64,000 bases of DNA from Octopus vulgaris. Taxonomy: Eukaryota. A model generated the notes under the pieces. The model was not told the DNA's origin, ran no database searches, and worked only from the letters and a program-made list of their open reading frames with translations. The position numbers and the translations under genes were made by a program. The stretch is from assembly GCA_951406725.2 (NCBI GenBank), contig OX597840.1:23746001-23810000 (forward strand). Direction: 5' to 3'. The stretch's first letter is position 1. The number at the start of each line of letters is the position of its first letter. Of the stretch, positions 58,480 to 64,000 are shown in pieces.

Positions 58480-59066
58480 ACAATTAATTAATTCAACAAA
58501 TTTGTTAGAAAGGATCACAAAAGTACAGCCCCCAAAATTACTGCAGGGCTTAATGACCGCCTCAAGAACCCAGTTTCCACAAAAACTTTTTGCTGGGAGC
58601 TGCACAAAGCCAGATTTCAAGGAAGGGCTGCAATCAGAAAACCACTACTTTCAAAAACAAACGTTGCAAAGCGTTTAGAGTGGAGTAAAAACCTACAGAA
58701 ATGATCCCTAGAGCAGTGGAAGAATGTTATTTTCTAGGACGAGTCATCCTTTACCTTATTTCCGACCACCGGCCGAGTATACGTGTGAAGAGAGCCAAAA
58801 GAAGCATTTGACCCAGACTGCCTTCTTCCAACTGTTAAACATGGAGGAGGATCTGTAATGATCTGGGGAGCTATATCTTGGAAATCTGCCAGCCCAATGG
58901 TTTCCCTTCATGGCAGAATAAATAGTCAAGACTATTTAAGCATTTTATCTGATCAAATTTATCCTATGGTTGCGGAACTGATTCTGGAGGGAAACACAAG
59001 CTTTCAAGATGATAATGCACCAATTCACACAGCTAAAGTTGTCACTGAATGGCACGAGGAACATTC
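58480..59066 (+). mobile_element. Tc1-like transposase fragment
   Basis: Paralog of 21400-21990. Confidence 0.88.
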
Positions 59067-59568
<502 letters not shown>

Positions 59569-59624
59569 TAATTTATTTGTTCATGCCTGGGCTATATCAT
59601 CATCATCATCATCGTTGTACATAT

Positions 59625-60155
59625 ATACAACAGGCTTCTTTCAGTTTCCATCTACCAAATCCACTCACAAGGCTTTGGTCGGCCCGGGGCTATAGTAGAA
59701 GACACTTGCCCAAGGTGCCACGCAGTGGGACTGAACCCGGAACCATGTGGTTGGTAAGCAAGCTACTTACCCCACAGCCACTCCTGTACCTGCATATATG
59801 TATATATACGACAGGCTTCTTTCAGTTTCCGTCTACCAAATCCACTCACAAGGCTTTGGTCGGCCCGGGGCTATAGTAGAAGACACTTGCCCAAGGTGCC
59901 ACGCAGTGGGACTGAACCCGGAACCATGTAGTTGGTAAGCAAGCTACTTACCCCACAGCCACTCCTGCACCTGTATATATGTATATATACGACAGGCTTC
60001 TTTCAGTTTCCGTCTACCAAATCCACTCACAAGGCTTTGGTCGGCCCGGGGCTATAGTAGAAGACACTTGCCCAAGGTGCCACGCAGTGGGACTGAACCC
60101 GGAACCATGTGCTTGGTAAGCAAGCTACTTACCCCACAGCCACTCCTGCACCTGT
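59625..60155 (-). repeat. Three tandem ~180-bp copies of the SINE family 2 5' half
   Basis: Units start at ~59630, ~59811, ~59992. Confidence 0.9.
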
Positions 60156-60267
60156 ATTATCTCACAGCTTCAAATATTTCAATGATGTGATAGTATTTTT
60201 TTAGAACGACATCATAGGGTAGGTGTAAGGGGCTGGATCTGGGTGATTGTAATATAAAATAGGTAGA

Positions 60268-60665
60268 TAGGCACAGGAGTGGCTGTGTGGTAAGTAGCTT
60301 GCTTACCAACCACATGGTTCCGGGTTCAGTCCCACTGCGTGGCACCTTGGGCAAGTGTCTTCTATTATAGCCTCGGGCCGAGCAAAGCCTTATGAGTGGA
60401 TTTGGTAGACGGAAACTGAAAGAAGCCTGTCATATATATGTATATATATGTGTGTTTGTGTGTCTGTGTTTGTCCCCCCAACATCGCTTGACAACCGATG
60501 CTGGTGTGTTTACGTACCCGTCACTTAGCGGTTCGGCAATAAGAGAACGATAGAATAAGTACTGGGCTTACAAAAGAATAAGTCCCGGGGTTGAGTTGCT
60601 CGACTAAAGGCGGTGCTCCAGCATGGCCACAGTCAAATGACTGAAACAAGTAAAAGAGTAAAGAG
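60268..60665 (+). mobile_element. SINE family 2, full length
   Basis: A/B boxes, core and tail as in 23985-24402. Confidence 0.88.
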
Positions 60666-61039
60666 AAGATTTGGGCCAAATATGGTCAGTTTAAATGCTA
60701 ATGGGTTGATAAACCGTCTGACCCATGCAAGTATGGACAATGATGATGATGATATTTTCAGAGTGAACAAATATGAAAAAAATAATTTCGATTCTTCAGA
60801 AACTAACAACCAACAAATATAGTCAAAAGATTTTAATTTAACATTTACAAGGTATTTAGAAAACATTTTCATTTACATATAAATTCTCAGTAATTTTTTC
60901 CTTTTTACTTTTGTTTAGAGAGGATACTTTTTGTTTCCAAGAAATCATCTCGATAGCATTCACTTCTGTTTAGCCATTTTGTTTTGGTATTTCTCTTTGA
61001 AATATACTGTTGCTTTTAATTCAGTTAGTCTTTAAAATA

Positions 61040-61978
61040 TATTTCTTTATTGCCCACAAGGGGCTAAACACGGAGGGGACAAACAAGGACAGACAAAGGG
61101 ATTAAGTCGATTACATCGACCCCAGTGCGTAACTGGTACTTAATTTATCGACCCCGAAAGGATGAAAGGCAAAGTCGACCTCGGTGGAATTTGAACTCAG
61201 AACGTAAAGACAGGCGAAATACCTATTTCTTTACTACCCACAAGGGGACAAACAAGGACAGACAAACGGATTAAGTCGATTACATCGACCCCAGTGCGTA
61301 ACTGGTACTTAATTTATTGACCCCGAAAGGATGAAAGGCAAAGTCGACCTCGGCAGAATTTGAACCCAGAACGTAGCGGCAGGCAAAATACCTATTTCTT
61401 TACTACCCACAAGGGGACAAACAAGGACAGACAAAAGGATTAAGTCGATTACATCGACCCCAGTGCATAACTGGTACTTAATTTATCGACCCCGAAAGGA
61501 TGAAAGGCAAAGTCGACCTCGGCAGAATTTGAACCCAGAACGTAGCGGCAGGCGAAATACCTATTTCTTTACTACCCACAAGGGGCTAAACACAGAGAGT
61601 ACAAACAAGCACAGACAAACGGATTAAGTCGATTACATCGACCCCAGTGCATAACTGGTACTTAATTTATCGACCCCGAAAGGATGAAATGCAAAGTCGA
61701 CCTCGGTGGAATTTGAACTCAGAAAGTAGCAGCAGGCGAAATACTTATTTCTTTACTACCCACAAGGGGCTAAACACAGAGGGGACAAACAAGGACAGAC
61801 ATAGGTATTAAGTCGATTACATCGACCCCCAGTGCATAACTGGTACTTAATTTATCGACCCCGAAAGGATGAAAGGCAAAGTCGACCTCGGCGGAATTTG
61901 AACCCAGAACGTAACGACAGACGAAATACGGCTACGCATTTCGCCCGGCGTGCTAACGAGTCTGCCAGCTCGTCACCT
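61040..61978 (-). repeat. Head-to-tail concatemer of five SINE family 1 units (~170-185 bp)
   Basis: Units at ~61042, 61225, 61395, 61564, 61747; only the last keeps the full head. Confidence 0.9.
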
Positions 61979-62074
61979 TAATCTTTATAATAATGAAAAA
62001 TTTAGTTTAAAAAAAACCACTTTGACATACTGTTTTCCATGTTTTGTTTTGAATTTTTTTTTATTACTCTTTTT

Positions 62075-62287
62075 ACTCTTTTTTTTACTTGTTTCAGTCA
62101 TTTGACTGCGGCCATGCTGGAGCACCGCCTTTAGTCGAGCAACTCGACCCCGGGACTTATTCTTTTGTAAGCCCAGTACTTATCCTATCGGTCTCTTTTG
62201 CCGAACCGCTAAGTGACGGGGACGTAAACACACCAGCATCGGTTGTCAAGCGATGCTAGGGGGACAAACACAGACACACAAACACAT

Positions 62288-62320
<33 letters not shown>

Positions 62321-62492
62321 CATATATACGACAGGCTTCTTTCAGTTTCCATCTACCAAATCCACTCACAAGGCATTGGTCGGCCCGGGGCTATAGCAGA
62401 AGACACTTGCCCAAGATGCCACGCAGTGGGACTGAACCCGGAACCATGTGGTTGGTTAGCAAGCTACTTACCAAACAGCCACTCCTGCGCCT
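62075..62492 (-). mobile_element. SINE family 2, full length
   Basis: Reverse complement of 60268-60665. Confidence 0.88.
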
Positions 62493-62803
62493 AATTAATC
62501 ATGGATTATCTTGTAGCTTTGAGATTTTAACGACGTGATTCTTTATTTTTAGAATGACATTGTAGGGTAGGTGTGAGAGACCAGATCTGGATGGTTTAAG
62601 CCTTTAGCACTCATATTTCTTTGTCAAATGTTCTGCTTATTTATTCTCATTGTTTTGAATTAATCATGGATTATCTTGTAGCTTTGACATTTCAACAATG
62701 TGATTGGTTTTTTTTTTTTTATTAGAGTGACATAGCAGGGTAGGTGTGAGAGACTGCACCTGTATAGTTCTGAACATGAAGCAGGTAGAATACTTGGGCC
62801 GGG

Positions 62804-63007
62804 TAGTTAGTTAGTTAGTTAGTTAGTTAGTTAATTTGGCTCAAAGGCAAATAGCAAGGCCATGTAGGGGGACATGGAGTTAAGTACAGGGTGGTGTTCA
62901 TGTAAAGAGTTCAGGCCACTTGAGGTCAAGGGAGGCTTTGAACAAAGCGGTCGTCGGCATCTTCACCATCTCGTCTGGCAGCTTGTTCCACGGATCCGCA
63001 ACCCGGG
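62804..63007 (-). mobile_element. 5'-truncated CR1 LINE 3' end with (CTAA)n tail
   Basis: RVADPWNKLPDEMVKMPTTALFKASLDLKW*, typical CR1 ORF2 terminus. Confidence 0.8.
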
Positions 63008-63375
63008 TATGGATGGTTCAAATGCTAAAGTGTTTAAGTTTTGCTCAGGTGTTTTTTTTTTTTCCAATCATGATTAACGAGATAATGTCTGTTTAAGAAA
63101 GACAAACAACGGTTACCAGATCTTTCTTCCAGGTGTTTGCGAATTTGAAGACGTCTGTGAATTACAAAACAGTCTACAAGGAATGGTTTCTTACACATCT
63201 TTTTCTTTAGAATGCATTTGTTTACCAACTTCAAGTTTGTGATTCAAAAATAAGGATTCCTCACACATTTTAGAAAAAAAGGATTTCTCTTAAACAAAAC
63301 CAAATTTGCAGATTACAAAATGAAAATGAAAATTCAAGTGAAAAAAACTTAAATTCACAATAAATGATCCATGCT

Positions 63376-63569
63376 GGATCTTTTCACTTTGACCGGCAGA
63401 TTTAAAAAATGATTTTTTGTAACTTTTCAGCGGTGGTGCCCCAGCATGGCCGCGGCCTTTGGGCTAAAACACTTTTAAACTTCGTATAGTGGTAGAATGT
63501 GTCATATAAAACATCCTTTTCTCTTGGCTTTATTGAGAAAATTCTGTAGTTTGTAAAGTGAAAAGATCC
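63376..63569. mobile_element. MITE with 15-bp terminal inverted repeats
   Basis: GGATCTTTTCACTTT ... AAAGTGAAAAGATCC; no clear TSD; another copy begins at ~63981. Confidence 0.7.
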
Positions 63570-63624
63570 TAAAAGCTTGCCGACATGTACATGTTGATGG
63601 ACCAAAAGCTCAGACTTGCAAGAG

Positions 63625-63730
63625 AATTCTTTCTCAGATTTTACATTTGGAAGGTTTCTCTCTAGTATGAAGTCGTTTATGTGTCTTTAGATTACCGTTC
63701 GTGGAAAAAAGCTTCCCACATGTGATCAAC
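63625..63730 (-). pseudogene. Old degenerate C2H2 finger relic
   Basis: TCGKLFSTNGNLKTHKRLHTREKPSKCKI*. Confidence 0.65.
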
Positions 63731-64000
63731 GTTGGATCTAATTAAAAAATGTGATTTCGCAATAAATATCAATCTATTTCAACCACACCAGGTAAGATAT
63801 GATACACATTGAACACTAATACAAAAGAAGCCGCTTATTACAATCGCAGATCATGTCATTTAGTTTTAAAAATGGTTACTGTAATCAAATCCTGCAGGTT
63901 TCCAAACTTATTCGTTTCACAGATGCTTTTCTTCCAAACAGCCTCCAGTGTTTATAATTAGAATTTAATTAAAAGTTGGGGATCTTTTCAGTTTGACCGG

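Overview
Repeat-rich eukaryotic DNA, most likely from an octopus or other coleoid cephalopod (inferred from the KRAB-less C2H2 zinc-finger cluster and the SINE/RTE repertoire). From the left: a degenerate CR1/L2-type LINE (1-~3.9 kb, minus), a ~6.6 kb 27-bp satellite, a 100-N gap, then four head-to-tail copies (A-D; ATGs 15096, 26697, 40696, 52161) of an 11.5-14 kb cassette. Each copy carries a minus-strand poly-C2H2 ZNF gene with an inferred ETS + E-box promoter, a short non-coding exon 1, a TE-filled intron and one coding exon. The copies are recombinant mosaics of each other and their 84-bp finger units have amplified independently. Cargo includes 5'-truncated RTE LINEs with a PHD finger after the RT core, Tc1 fragments, non-autonomous Helitrons, MITEs, several tRNA-SINE families (tandem and inverted) and Penelope-type minimal hammerhead motifs, mostly on the ZNF sense strand. 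Most short ORFs in the supplied track are spurious. All calls are by eye; no searches or folding were run.
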